NCBI GenBank assembly: GCA_029262375.1
Contig: JAJCZM010000026.1
Span: 40,198-104,197 of the forward strand
Direction of reading: 5' to 3'
Length of the DNA: 64,000 bases
Origin: Deltaproteobacteria bacterium
Lineage (GTDB): Bacteria; Desulfobacterota; Binatia; UBA1149; SPBQ01
Position numbers and translations under genes: made by a program. Under the pieces are notes generated by a model that was not told where the DNA came from, did no database searches, and saw only the letters and a program-made list of their open reading frames with translations. Below, piece after piece: positions 1 through 10,232 of the stretch (its first letter is position 1; every line of letters starts with the position of its first letter).

Positions 1-117
1 CAACTGGAGAATCGCTTCGCTGACGTTGTCGACCGTCGTCTGCGGCACGAGCTCTATCTCACGATAGGCGCTGTAGGTCATTGCGAGCTCGAGCTTTCCG
101 GTCTGCTGTAGCGACAT
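1..117 (-). CDS. hypothetical protein, 5' fragment only (gene runs off window start)
   Basis: ATG at 115-117 on the minus strand. The open frame (MSLQQTGKLELAMTYSAYREIELVPQTTVDNVSEAILQL) continues to position 1. No recognisable motif. Confidence 0.2.
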   Translation of the reverse strand, partial: MSLQQTGKLELAMTYSAYREIELVPQTTVDNVSEAILQL

Positions 118-352
118 TGCCGTCTCCTCGGTGCCAGGGGGAAAACCCCGGGTCTCGGGTAAAGAGCAATCGCCGTGCCACGACGGAGAATTTCGAGACA
201 CGAAATCCAAGGCGTTTCGTACGGCGATGTCGCAAACGCCATGGCACGCAGCGCTACACCTACGACGCTGCGAACATCCGTGTGCGCAACCCGCAAGGAC
301 ATCGTCACTGCTGAACTAATTCGCCTCCTCGCCCGCCCTCGTATAGCACCGC

Positions 353-3178
353 GTGATGGCCCCCGGACAACCAGCACGATCGGCCTTCCATGAAGAGCTC
401 CCATTGGTCGAAACCGGTGAATTCACAGCGGAATGTTCGCTCGGGGATCTCGGAGTCGATCCCGATCTCTGTGCCGCGCTCACCGAGGAGGGGCCGCTGT
501 GCTTCCTGGACTTCGAGGCCACCGGTCTCAGCACGGAAACCGATGCACTGATCGAGGTCGGCGCCATCAACGTGCGCCCCGGCTCCGAGCACGCCGAGAT
601 CTTCCGGTCCTACATTCATACCGAACTCTTCCTGTCGCCGTTCATCCAGCGCCTGACCGGAATTGCACAATCCGATCTAGACGGCGCACCGACGTCAACG
701 GCTGTGATGGCCGCCCTCGATACGTTCATCGATGACGTAACGGTGGTCGCGCACAACATCGACTTCGAACGCTCTTGGCTGACCACGGCGGCGTCGAAGC
801 GATTCGGCAGCCACCCATTTCTCGACACGATCGATTTGTTGGCGCTGGTCTATCCCGACTCGCGCAACATGAAGCTCGACACGTTCTGCCGCGAAAAGCT
901 GGAACGCAAAGAGCGGCATCGCGCGCTCGACGATGCACTCGACACCCTGCGAATCGTCGTACGAGTCTACGAGGAATCGCGCGACGGCAAGCCGCACGGT
1001 TTGAACGCCCGGAACGCGATGCGCGCGCACGCTCCGTCGGCGCCGTGGCGCACCCGTCTGGAATCTCTCCCCGAGTCCGACCTTTTGCGGGTCGCGCCTA
1101 CGTCGCCGCTCGATGAAGGGCCTCGCCTCGCGCCGGTCCCACTGCAGTACGATGCCATCATCGATCGCTTGCAGCAGGAGGACGACGCCCGGCGCGTTCT
1201 GCCCGACTACCAGACTCGTCTACCGCAGCTCGATCTCGTCGCGAATGTCTTCGACTGTTTTACGGGGAAAGGCGGCCGCAGCGTCCACGTTTGCGAAGCC
1301 GGCACCGGCATCGGTAAGACACTGGCGTATCTCGCTGTGGCGATCCCGTTCGTGCGGCAATCGGGCGAACAGGTCGTGATTTCGACCTCGACGAAACTGC
1401 TACAGAGCCAGCTCATCGAGAAGGACATCCCTGCAGTCGCGCGCCTGATGGGCTTTCCCGACTTACGCTTCACGGCCATCAAAGGCCGCGCGAACTATTT
1501 GTGCCGCGCACGCCTCGATCGATTCCTCGAAGAGCCACCCGAGCTACCATTCGGTGGGGAATCACTCGCTGCCGCTCTGCTCGCAGCGTTCTCGAACAGC
1601 ACCGGTCACGGCGAAGTCGACCGGCTCCCCGGCGTGCTCTACCAGATGCATCCGGAACTCGAGCGCTACAAACGCGAAGTAACGAGCGCCGAGGCGAGCG
1701 AGTGTTCGCGCCAAACCTGTGAAACCACGCGCGGCGACTGCGTCTTCCGTGCAGCGCGTGCTCGGCTCGATGGAGCCGAGATCATCGTGGTCAATCACGA
1801 CCTGCTCCTGCGTTGGCCGCCGGACTACCCGGCACTCAGCCACCTGATCATCGATGAAGTACACGAGTTGGCCGAGCGCGCCGACGGCGCTTACGCGCGC
1901 AGTGCAGAAGCGGTCGAGATCATTCACCGCGTCGAGACCGTCCTCGGTCGTCGCGGCGACGCAGAGATTCGCCCCGACGGCGAGCTGATCGAGCAGGGCG
2001 AACGCGCGCTGCGTCTGGTGACCGCCATCGGCAACGAATCCTGGGATCTCGTAAGCTCGGGGAATTCGAGCCAGGGCTATCGCGACGAACTCGCAATTCC
2101 GCTCGACGGTCCCGGACCTACTTGGGGCCCGCTGGTGGAAGCGTGCACGGAACTCGCCGGCATTCTCAACAAGATGGCTCGCCGCCTCTCGACGATGGCC
2201 GACGACGATGAGAGCACCGCAGCCGGCGCCGCTGAAGCGTTAGTCGACGCCGCGACGGTACTGCGCGAGAGCTTTCCGCTCGCCCCTGACGACCTCGTCG
2301 TACGCTTCCGAGGCTTATCGCGACACCGCGGCCAGAGTTGGCGTCTCGTCGCCACGCCGGTCTCTCCGGCTGCCGATTTCCAGTTCGAAATTCTCGATCG
2401 CACCGAAACGATGTTCGGAACGTCCGCCACCGTCATGGTCGGCGAAGACACGCGCGGAGCACTCGGCAATTTGGAGCTAGCGGAACGGGCCGGACGCCGG
2501 TACTCGCTCGACGAGCCTATCGAAAGCACCTTTGACTACGCCAGCAATCTGCAAGTCCTGTTCATCGACGAGAAGACCGATCCCTCCCGCCTGGTCGACA
2601 AGACAGTGGACGTTCTCGCCACCGTTGCGCGCAAACTCGGAGGACGGACGATGGGCCTGTTCACGAGCCGTGAACGTCTGAGTACCGTCAGCGATCTGCT
2701 CTACACCGCACTGTCCTCGGAAGGCATACAGATTATCGCGCCCTCGTCGGGCAACGCGGATCCTCACGATCTCGTGCGAACCTTCACCGAGACGGAGAAC
2801 GCAGTGCTGCTGGGAGCGCGCGCGTTTTGGCAGGGTGTCGATGTCGCGGGCGACGCGTGTCAGGCCGTCGTCATCGAGAAACTCCCCTTCGACGTACCGG
2901 GCGACCCGCTGATCCAACGCCGCGGTGCACTCGTCGAGCGCGAAGGCGGCAACTCCTTCATGGACTACATGCTGCCGCGGATGCTGTTGCGGCTGAAGCA
3001 AATGATGGGACGACTGATCCGAACACCGGATGATCGCGGTGTCGTGATCGTCGTTGAGCCGCGAACGGACCGCCGATACTTCGAAAAAATTCTCGGTGCG
3101 GTACCGCCGCGCGCGAAAGAACGACGCATCAGGCTCGAAGACCTCGAGCGAACACTCGACGAGTTCTTCGACAACTAG
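353..3178 (+). CDS. dinG: DinG-family ATP-dependent DNA helicase with N-terminal DnaQ-like 3'-5' exonuclease domain
   Basis: N-terminal Exo I-like motif FLDFEATGL. Walker A GTGIGKT. DEAH-type box IIDEVHEL. 941 aa of Rad3/XPD-like helicase core. The exact start is uncertain. Confidence 0.8.
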   Translation: MMAPGQPARSAFHEELPLVETGEFTAECSLGDLGVDPDLCAALTEEGPLCFLDFEATGLSTETDALIEVGAINVRPGSEHAEIFRSYIHTELFLSPFIQRLTGIAQSDLDGAPTSTAVMAALDTFIDDVTVVAHNIDFERSWLTTAASKRFGSHPFLDTIDLLALVYPDSRNMKLDTFCREKLERKERHRALDDALDTLRIVVRVYEESRDGKPHGLNARNAMRAHAPSAPWRTRLESLPESDLLRVAPTSPLDEGPRLAPVPLQYDAIIDRLQQEDDARRVLPDYQTRLPQLDLVANVFDCFTGKGGRSVHVCEAGTGIGKTLAYLAVAIPFVRQSGEQVVISTSTKLLQSQLIEKDIPAVARLMGFPDLRFTAIKGRANYLCRARLDRFLEEPPELPFGGESLAAALLAAFSNSTGHGEVDRLPGVLYQMHPELERYKREVTSAEASECSRQTCETTRGDCVFRAARARLDGAEIIVVNHDLLLRWPPDYPALSHLIIDEVHELAERADGAYARSAEAVEIIHRVETVLGRRGDAEIRPDGELIEQGERALRLVTAIGNESWDLVSSGNSSQGYRDELAIPLDGPGPTWGPLVEACTELAGILNKMARRLSTMADDDESTAAGAAEALVDAATVLRESFPLAPDDLVVRFRGLSRHRGQSWRLVATPVSPAADFQFEILDRTETMFGTSATVMVGEDTRGALGNLELAERAGRRYSLDEPIESTFDYASNLQVLFIDEKTDPSRLVDKTVDVLATVARKLGGRTMGLFTSRERLSTVSDLLYTALSSEGIQIIAPSSGNADPHDLVRTFTETENAVLLGARAFWQGVDVAGDACQAVVIEKLPFDVPGDPLIQRRGALVEREGGNSFMDYMLPRMLLRLKQMMGRLIRTPDDRGVVIVVEPRTDRRYFEKILGAVPPRAKERRIRLEDLERTLDEFFDN

Positions 3179-3211
3179 GTGCTGTGGATGCTAGTGGGTG
3201 CTGCTGGGCGC

Positions 3212-4777
3212 TCAGGCGTCGGCCGGCTGATGCGTCTTGTCGAGCAGCGCCTCAACTGTTTTCACGGGCGCGAAGGTATCGAGCGGAACCTCGACGAAGA
3301 CGGTATTCCAATCCGACATCGCTCCGTTCCATAGCCCTGGGCGCTCGAGAGAACGCAGCGGACGCCCGTCCTTCGACTTCTCGACGAGGAATACCGCGTC
3401 GGGATCGACGTGATCGGCCAAGCGACGTAGCTTGCCGTCCGGGCCGCGAAGCGCGCACACGAGATCCACCGGATTGAAATGTGTCGACTGCGTGAGCAGC
3501 GACTGCTGAGCGTCGTCGGCGGGATCGACTTCGCTGGTCTCGACCACCTGCACACTATCGCGTCCGTTGGTGGACACCCAAAACGGTCCACCGCCGGGTT
3601 CGCCCGTGTTAGGCACCATGCCGCAGGCGCGAATCGGACGATCGAGCATTCGCAGCGCGAAGTCGCGGCGTGCACCGCCGTCGGTAAGCCCCCGCGGTGT
3701 GGGAGTGCACAGGCGCTCCGCTAAGAACGCCAGGGCGGCGCCGACCGCTTGATCACCATCGGCCCGCACCGCTTCGCAATGCGCGAAGACTTCCTGTTGT
3801 AGCTCGAGGGTGAGTCCACCAAGGACCTTCTTCCAGAGATAGGTCGGACCTTTGGCGTCATCGGGAACCACGTTGTCGATATTCTTGATGAAGACGACAT
3901 CAGCGTCGATCTCACTGAGATTCTCGATCAACGCACCGTGCCCACCGGGGCGAAACAGAAGCTCGCCCGAACGTTCGCGAAACGGCTTTCCGTCCAGTTC
4001 TACGGCCAGCACGTCGGTCGACGACTTCTGCGCGGAAAATTCGATCTCGTATCGCACGCCGAATTGTTGTTCGTAACGCGCACGCACCTCCGACAGCAGC
4101 GCTTCGAAGCCCGCTCGATGTTCCGGCGATACGGTGAAATGCAGGCGACAGACATCCCCTTCCCCGCGGGCGTACGCGGCCGCTTCGACGAGGTGTTCTT
4201 CGAACGCGGTACGATTGATGTCTCCGTAGCCGTGAAAAGTGAGAAGTGCTTTCGGCAACTCGCCGTAGCCCATGCCTTTGTCGGTAAGTAGATGTTCGAG
4301 TAGGGCGCGTACGTCACCGTCACGCGCGACTTCGAGCACGTCGAGCCCGGCGGCGGCCATGGACGATTGAAGTTGGTCGAAAAAGGCGAAGTTCTCGAGC
4401 CCGTCGAGGAGCTTCAACAGCTCCTTCGCCGCACCGTCACCCGACGCAGCGGCCGTGGCCACTTCAGACCTGCGCACCGGAGCCGCGGCGTAGAGATACG
4501 ATAGCGGCGTCTTGAACATTCGACTGGCTGCGCCCGAAGCCGGCACGAACTTCACCACCTCGCGCGAGGCGATCGCATCGTCGAACAGCGATGCGAGTCT
4601 GTTCTGTTCGGCAGCATCAACGACGGTAATCCCGTCGCCGCGGGTGCACGGCCTGATCAAGCGCGCGAATGCGGGCGGATCGACGTAGAGTTCCAGTTGG
4701 CGATCCACGTCGGAGAGATCGAGCCCGTGGGCTACGATCTCGGCCTTCTCTTCTTCTGTCAGCGAGTGCGGGCGCAT
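3212..4777 (-). CDS. DUF4301-like protein, UDPGP-superfamily nucleotidyltransferase-like fold
   Basis: 521 aa. Gly-rich NTP-binding-like loop VPASGAASRM and a PGGHGAL motif that resembles UDP-sugar pyrophosphorylases. The family assignment is from memory, not from a search. Confidence 0.4.
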   Translation of the reverse strand: MRPHSLTEEEKAEIVAHGLDLSDVDRQLELYVDPPAFARLIRPCTRGDGITVVDAAEQNRLASLFDDAIASREVVKFVPASGAASRMFKTPLSYLYAAAPVRRSEVATAAASGDGAAKELLKLLDGLENFAFFDQLQSSMAAAGLDVLEVARDGDVRALLEHLLTDKGMGYGELPKALLTFHGYGDINRTAFEEHLVEAAAYARGEGDVCRLHFTVSPEHRAGFEALLSEVRARYEQQFGVRYEIEFSAQKSSTDVLAVELDGKPFRERSGELLFRPGGHGALIENLSEIDADVVFIKNIDNVVPDDAKGPTYLWKKVLGGLTLELQQEVFAHCEAVRADGDQAVGAALAFLAERLCTPTPRGLTDGGARRDFALRMLDRPIRACGMVPNTGEPGGGPFWVSTNGRDSVQVVETSEVDPADDAQQSLLTQSTHFNPVDLVCALRGPDGKLRRLADHVDPDAVFLVEKSKDGRPLRSLERPGLWNGAMSDWNTVFVEVPLDTFAPVKTVEALLDKTHQPADA

Positions 4778-4884
4778 GGAATCATGCTAGCACAGCGGAT
4801 GGCCGGCTTGCCGCGCGCATCGCCGGGGCAATGCGCGGGCAGCCGAGAGGCGTGCTATCGAGCGACCTAGGCGGCTCGAGTGAT

Positions 4885-5199
4885 CTAGGCGGCGTTGACG
4901 AGGGTTTCGAGCTGACCGTCTTCGTACATCGAGCGAATGATGTCGCAACCACCCACGAACTCGCCGCGCACGTAGAGCTGGGGGATTGTCGGCCATTCGC
5001 TGAACTGCTTGATGCCTTCGCGTAGCTCGGGATCCTGCAGCACGTCGTAGGTCTGGAACGGCTTGCCCGTTCGCTTGAGGATCTCGGAGGTAACCTGCGA
5101 GAAGCCGCACTGCGGTAGCGCGGGCGTGCCCTTCATATAGAGGACGATATCGTCCTGCTCGACCTGCTCTTTGATGCGCTGAAATATGTCTTGTGCCAC
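4885..5199 (-). CDS. grxD: Grx4-family monothiol glutaredoxin
   Basis: CGFS active site (PQCGFSQ), 104 aa, conserved C-terminal WPTIPQLYV. Confidence 0.9.
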   Translation of the reverse strand: MAQDIFQRIKEQVEQDDIVLYMKGTPALPQCGFSQVTSEILKRTGKPFQTYDVLQDPELREGIKQFSEWPTIPQLYVRGEFVGGCDIIRSMYEDGQLETLVNAA

Positions 5200-5211
5200 G
5201 ATAGTGAACTC

Positions 5212-5493
5212 CTAGTCGATCTTGGTGAGCCCGTCGCGATGTTGATCGGGCGACAGCGCGTTGATCATCAACGCGTGGATCTCGCTCTGCATCGCGTCGC
5301 CGAGGGCGTCGTATACCAGCCTATGGCGTTGGACGAGAGACTTTCCCTCGAAAGACGCAGCTACAACAGTTAGTTCGAAGTGATCACCGGTCCCGTGCAG
5401 GTCTTTGGCATCCGCTTGGGCATCCGGGATCCCGGACTCGATCATTTGTTTGAGGGTCTCTGCGTTCATGGGCTTTCCATCCAGAAGCAACAA
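5212..5493 (-). CDS. bolA: BolA-family protein (partner of monothiol Grx)
   Basis: 93 aa, BolA-like fold signature (HFELTVVAASFEGKSLVQRHRLVYDAL), adjacent to and co-directional with grxD. Confidence 0.8.
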   Translation of the reverse strand: MLLLDGKPMNAETLKQMIESGIPDAQADAKDLHGTGDHFELTVVAASFEGKSLVQRHRLVYDALGDAMQSEIHALMINALSPDQHRDGLTKID

Positions 5494-5530
5494 GGTCGGT
5501 CATTTCGGCCGAATTTTCAAGGCGTTGGCA

Positions 5531-7000
5531 CTAATCGATGTAGCCGAGGGCACGTAGCGCTTCCTGTTCACGCTCCCGCTCGAGCTCCTGCTCCCGCTCG
5601 CCTTGCTCGGCCATACGGGTCTTCGGCCCCTGTTGGCGCGGCAAAGGATGGTCGGCACGCCAGCGCGCCAGCCGTGCCGATAGCGCCTCGAGAATCTTCG
5701 GCTCCGACCCGACGAGGCTCACCTCTTCGAGGGGGTCGCGCTCGAGATGATACAACTCGCCCACGTCTTCGCCCTCGTTCTCGATGAGCTTCCACGGGTA
5801 GTCGACGATGGCTGTCTCAGGGTGGCGTAGGTCTTCGCGAAACGTCGAATTGAACAAGCGACGTTCGAGATAGAAGGCCCGCGGCTCCGGTTCTTCCCGG
5901 CTGCGCAGCGAAGTCGCGACGCTGCGACCGTCTGTTTCGTAGCGGCGCCCCGGATCCACCAGGTCCATCACTGTGGGCGCGAGATCGACCAACGACAGCG
6001 GCGTCTCGAGCACGCTCGGTTCCAGTTGCCCCTCCCACACCGTGAGCCACGGCACGCGCACGGTTTCGTTGAACAACAGGACACCGTGCCCGAAGCCGAT
6101 CAGGTCGCTCGACCGGCGTTCGGCAAGCGACTCGCCGTGATCGGAAACAATCAGCACCAACGGCGATCCCTGCGGAGCCGCGTCGTAGGCACCTTGGACG
6201 ATTCTCTGAACGGCGCGATCACTGGCGGCGATCTCGCCGTCATACAACGACCGTGCGCGCAGGATCTCCTGTTCCTTCAATTGCTCGGCGGACTCGAGGA
6301 AACGATCCAGTTCGCTGTAGCGACGGTAATCGCGCGTGGGCCGCTTGATGAACTTGTCGCGATAGGGTTGCGCCGGTTCGTAGGGTAGGTGCGGCTCCCA
6401 AAGGTGTACCCAGAGGAACCAACGCTCCCCCTCGCGCTCGTCGAGCCACTCGCTCGCGTGCCGCAACACCTCGCCGGCGCTTCGCCATTTCTTGGGAGCA
6501 CGCGGCGCGTTCGTGTCGTCGAAGCCGGCGATATGCCGCAGTTCAGGGTCGAGCCCAATCCGGGCGGTAATGGCAGCGGTTCGGTAGCCCCGCTCCTGCA
6601 GAAAAGTCGCCAACGTGGGAGCGTCGGCATCGAGTCGGCGCGCGGCATTGCGCATGATTCCGTGCTTGCGCGGGTACTGCCCGGTCAAGATCGACGCGTG
6701 CGACGGATCCGTGGTCGGCATGACCGCGAACGCGTTTTCCATACGGACCCCGAGCTTGGAAAAGCGTTTGAGGAAGGGCGTCGTCGGTCGCTTGTAACCG
6801 TAGGCCGATAGACGATCCGCGCGTGTCGTGTCGATCGAGACCAGCAAGATCTTCGATGGCGCGTTGCCGGCGTCGAAACGCGAACACCCTTGCGTCAGAA
6901 AGATCGCCGGCAAGACCACCGACAAGACCGTCGATAAAACCACCAACTGGACGACCGATCTCGACCGATCCCCAAATCTTTGGATGAACTGTCGGCGCAT
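5531..7000 (-). CDS. sulfatase-like hydrolase/transferase (alkaline phosphatase superfamily), membrane anchored
   Basis: LLVSIDTTRADRLSAYGY and VSDHGESL motifs. N-terminal hydrophobic anchor. No CxPxR formylglycine motif, so probably not a true sulfatase. Start chosen at MRRQF; the ORF continues open to 7234. C-terminal tail ...LRALGYID. Confidence 0.7.
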   Translation of the reverse strand: MRRQFIQRFGDRSRSVVQLVVLSTVLSVVLPAIFLTQGCSRFDAGNAPSKILLVSIDTTRADRLSAYGYKRPTTPFLKRFSKLGVRMENAFAVMPTTDPSHASILTGQYPRKHGIMRNAARRLDADAPTLATFLQERGYRTAAITARIGLDPELRHIAGFDDTNAPRAPKKWRSAGEVLRHASEWLDEREGERWFLWVHLWEPHLPYEPAQPYRDKFIKRPTRDYRRYSELDRFLESAEQLKEQEILRARSLYDGEIAASDRAVQRIVQGAYDAAPQGSPLVLIVSDHGESLAERRSSDLIGFGHGVLLFNETVRVPWLTVWEGQLEPSVLETPLSLVDLAPTVMDLVDPGRRYETDGRSVATSLRSREEPEPRAFYLERRLFNSTFREDLRHPETAIVDYPWKLIENEGEDVGELYHLERDPLEEVSLVGSEPKILEALSARLARWRADHPLPRQQGPKTRMAEQGEREQELEREREQEALRALGYID

Positions 7001-7089
7001 GGGTTGCAGAACTCCTTCATGTAGCCGCGTCACGATCACAACGCTATCGAGTTTGCCCACTCGCCCGGCGCTGCGATAATGCGCGCCGC

Positions 7090-8532
7090 ATGCCGCCATT
7101 CGTCGCCACTGCTGATCGCCGGTGCTTTCGGAATCTGTCCGGTGCAGCATGGTTGTGCTTCGCCCTGCTCGTCGCCGTCGGGTGCACCGAGCGAGAACGA
7201 CCGCACGTAGCCCAGCGTCAATCGGATCGTCCAAACGTGCTCCTCGTATCGATCGACAGCCTGAGGGCCGATCATCTCGGCGCGTACGGCTACGACAAGC
7301 CTACGTCTCCGTTCATCGACAAACTTGCGCGCGAAGGCGTAGTGTTCGAGCGTGCGCTGAGCAGCACTTCGTGGACATTGCCCGCGCATACGGCGTTGTT
7401 CACCGGACTAGCCGACAGTGCGCACGGCGCCCGAACCCCGAAGAGCCGACTGGCGGAGGACTACGAGACGCTCGCCGAAGCGCTCGCCGCCGACGGGTAC
7501 ACCACCGTCGGCCTGTATTCAGGACCGTTCCTGCATCCCGATTTTGGTTTGGCGCAGGGTTTCGCGCGATACGTCGATTGCACGTCGTTCGGCCTCAGCA
7601 GCGGCGACCCTCGCAAACAGCATGGCGCATCTCATCGAGACGTCACGAACCCCGTCCTTCTCGAGAACGCTCGAAAAGAAATCGCCACCCTGGGCCCCGA
7701 GCCGTTCTTCATGTTCGTGCATATGTGGGATCCCCACTACGACCTCATCCCACCCCCCGAGTACCGTGCCATGTTCGACGTGGACTACAACGGCGATTTC
7801 GACGGCCGCGACTTCCGACACGACGCCGGCTTCACGACCGGCATGGACGACGCCGACTTCAAGCACGTACTCGCGCTGTATGACGGCGAGATTCGCTACA
7901 CCGACGATACGCTCGCCAAGATCGTAGACTTGCTCGATTCGTCGGGACGATTGAACGACACGATCATCGTCGTCGTATCCGATCACGGCGACGAGTTTCT
8001 CGAACACGGCGGTAAGGGGCATCGCCACACGCTGTTCCAGGAACTCATTCACATCCCGTTCATCATCTGGAATCCCGCTCGTGTACAACCCGCGCGCATC
8101 GAGACACCGGTATCGCTCACCGATGTGGCACCGACGTTGCGCGACCTCGCGGGTGCAGGCGGTTTCGCCGAGACGACGGGACGTTCATTGGTGTCGGCGC
8201 TCTCGGGCGGTTCCGTCCCGATTCGACCAGTCATGAGCGAGCTGACCGCGCCGCCGCAGTCGCCGGATTCGAGTGCACTGGTGTCGGGCGACGACAAGCT
8301 GGTCGTCGATCACAAGCGCGGCAAGGCGACATATTACGATCTCAGCGCAGACCCGCGCGAACACAACCCCGTACCGGCCAGGCACACGAAGAAAGCGGCC
8401 CCGTTGCTGATATCGCTGACGAAACTCAAGAAGCAGGCCGCGCAGATTCGCGCGAGACATGCAGGCGACAGCAACATCGAGCTTCCCGACGACATGCGCG
8501 AGCGACTCGGACAACTGGGCTACCTGGAATAA
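7090..8532 (+). CDS. sulfatase-like hydrolase/transferase (alkaline phosphatase superfamily), probable lipoprotein
   Basis: Signal peptide with a lipobox-like AVGC. LLVSIDSLRADHLGAYGY, SSTSWTLPAH (Ser/Thr nucleophile type) and VSDHGDEF motifs. C-terminal tail ...LGQLGYLE. Confidence 0.75.
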   Translation: MPPFVATADRRCFRNLSGAAWLCFALLVAVGCTERERPHVAQRQSDRPNVLLVSIDSLRADHLGAYGYDKPTSPFIDKLAREGVVFERALSSTSWTLPAHTALFTGLADSAHGARTPKSRLAEDYETLAEALAADGYTTVGLYSGPFLHPDFGLAQGFARYVDCTSFGLSSGDPRKQHGASHRDVTNPVLLENARKEIATLGPEPFFMFVHMWDPHYDLIPPPEYRAMFDVDYNGDFDGRDFRHDAGFTTGMDDADFKHVLALYDGEIRYTDDTLAKIVDLLDSSGRLNDTIIVVVSDHGDEFLEHGGKGHRHTLFQELIHIPFIIWNPARVQPARIETPVSLTDVAPTLRDLAGAGGFAETTGRSLVSALSGGSVPIRPVMSELTAPPQSPDSSALVSGDDKLVVDHKRGKATYYDLSADPREHNPVPARHTKKAAPLLISLTKLKKQAAQIRARHAGDSNIELPDDMRERLGQLGYLE

Positions 8533-10149
8533 CTATTGGGCAGGTTGGGCGGGCTGCGCCGTCTGAGCAGGTTGCTGACGCCCCACCTTGCGGGTCGGTA
8601 CGCGCAGCGATCGATACGTAGCACCCGCGACATGATCGAGCGGTTCCTCGCGCTTCTTCCAAAACACTACAGCACTATCGAAGATTTTCTCGCCAGGCAC
8701 CCGCTCGTAGAATCGCGGCAACCAGGTGGCGATGCCTTCGAGTTTCCCGCGCGAAAGAAGAACGACGTCGGGCAATTCTCCCTCCACGAACGGGATGTAG
8801 GGTCGCCCGAATCGCTCGCCCATGTATCGATCCATACCGCGAAAGAAGAATCCGTAAGGTACCCAGTTTCCGTGTTTCGCGAACGCTAGGAAATGCGTGC
8901 AGCCGATAGCCCAGATCGTTTTGTCCTCGGCTAGTAGCTCGGCAACTCGCTGACCGACGCGAAGCTGGCTCGGCAACACCGCACCGCGGAAATCTTCGAA
9001 GTCCAACCGCGGGATCGTCGCGACAACCAGCGACACACCCCCAATCAAAGGGATGAGGGCGGGTCCGATTGCGCGGTCGCTCGACCGTAGCCACTGCAGC
9101 GGAAGACACACCAACATCGCGAAGCCGATCGCCAGCAACGGCTCGATGATGAAGCGGTCGGGGAATCCCTGATAGTCGAGATGCAGATAGGCGAGAGCTA
9201 CGAGCCCGGTGCCGATCATGTATGCCCACTCCGGCCGCTCGCGCAGGAACAACAGTGCGCGAAACGGCCGCACGACCAACCACAACATCGATCCAGCAAC
9301 GAAAGCGAGGCCAAGGCTGGGCACGACGCTGCGCAACGAAATCCCTTCGCTCGTTTTTGTAATCCAACCGAAGCGCATGCGAATCGCACCCCACCGAAAT
9401 TCAAGGCCGGACATATATTGGGATGGAAATCGGTACGCCTGCTCGATCTGTTCCCAGAAGGCGCCGTGGTAAACGAAGTAAGCTTCGTACAGCCCCGTGA
9501 GCGCGACGAAGCCGGCAGCGAACCATAGCATCGAGCGTATCGGCCGGTCCCATAAAATGAGCGCGAGCGGCGCCAGACCTACGAACAAGAGCGCCGGCTG
9601 CCAACATAGGAACGCCGCTGCGGTAGCCAATCCCGACAGCAGAGGTCGGCGCGCCTGAATCGCCAAAAACGCGCACAAAATGAAAAAAACCAGGAACACT
9701 TTCGGCCTCGCCCCGACGGTTCCCATGATGATGAACTGGTTGTAGGTGAACGCAGCCAGCGCGGCGACGTGCGCCGTGAGGCCGCTGCGTGCGTAACGTC
9801 GGGCCACGATCCAAAGGAGCGCGTAGCAGCCGGCGGTAACCAAGACGCTCAGCAGGCGCGCCGAATAGATATCGAGCATGCCGAACGCGCGCCCGATCAT
9901 GATAGCCCCGCCCGTGAGCATCATGCTCAGCGCGTTCTTGGGGTCGAAGTGCGATAGGTGAGGGGGCGTGCCCGAGGCGAAACGTTCCGAAATGAAGAAG
10001 TAGTGTTGATTGTCGGCGATCAGCGGGACGTCCAACGGTCCAACCAACCAACAAGCGACCAGTGCGAGCAGCGCGTAGACGCAAGGCCAGACGTAGTCGG
10101 GCAAGCCAAACGTCCCGCGAAGGATCGATGTAGTCTGCGAATCGGACAC
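8533..10149 (-). CDS. polytopic membrane protein, GT-C-like (ArnT/PMT-type) glycosyl/phospho-transferase candidate
   Basis: About 12 predicted TM helices followed by a ~170-aa soluble C-terminal domain. Low-complexity tail QPAQTAQPAQPAQ. The family assignment is tentative. Confidence 0.35.
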   Translation of the reverse strand: MSDSQTTSILRGTFGLPDYVWPCVYALLALVACWLVGPLDVPLIADNQHYFFISERFASGTPPHLSHFDPKNALSMMLTGGAIMIGRAFGMLDIYSARLLSVLVTAGCYALLWIVARRYARSGLTAHVAALAAFTYNQFIIMGTVGARPKVFLVFFILCAFLAIQARRPLLSGLATAAAFLCWQPALLFVGLAPLALILWDRPIRSMLWFAAGFVALTGLYEAYFVYHGAFWEQIEQAYRFPSQYMSGLEFRWGAIRMRFGWITKTSEGISLRSVVPSLGLAFVAGSMLWLVVRPFRALLFLRERPEWAYMIGTGLVALAYLHLDYQGFPDRFIIEPLLAIGFAMLVCLPLQWLRSSDRAIGPALIPLIGGVSLVVATIPRLDFEDFRGAVLPSQLRVGQRVAELLAEDKTIWAIGCTHFLAFAKHGNWVPYGFFFRGMDRYMGERFGRPYIPFVEGELPDVVLLSRGKLEGIATWLPRFYERVPGEKIFDSAVVFWKKREEPLDHVAGATYRSLRVPTRKVGRQQPAQTAQPAQPAQ

Positions 10150-10232
10150 GCGCCGGCTCTCACGAAACGTCCCGGACGTTCGGGCGAAGTTTGAGTCTGT
10201 AGCGGGGCCCCAGCACGATAGCCAGTGCTTCC

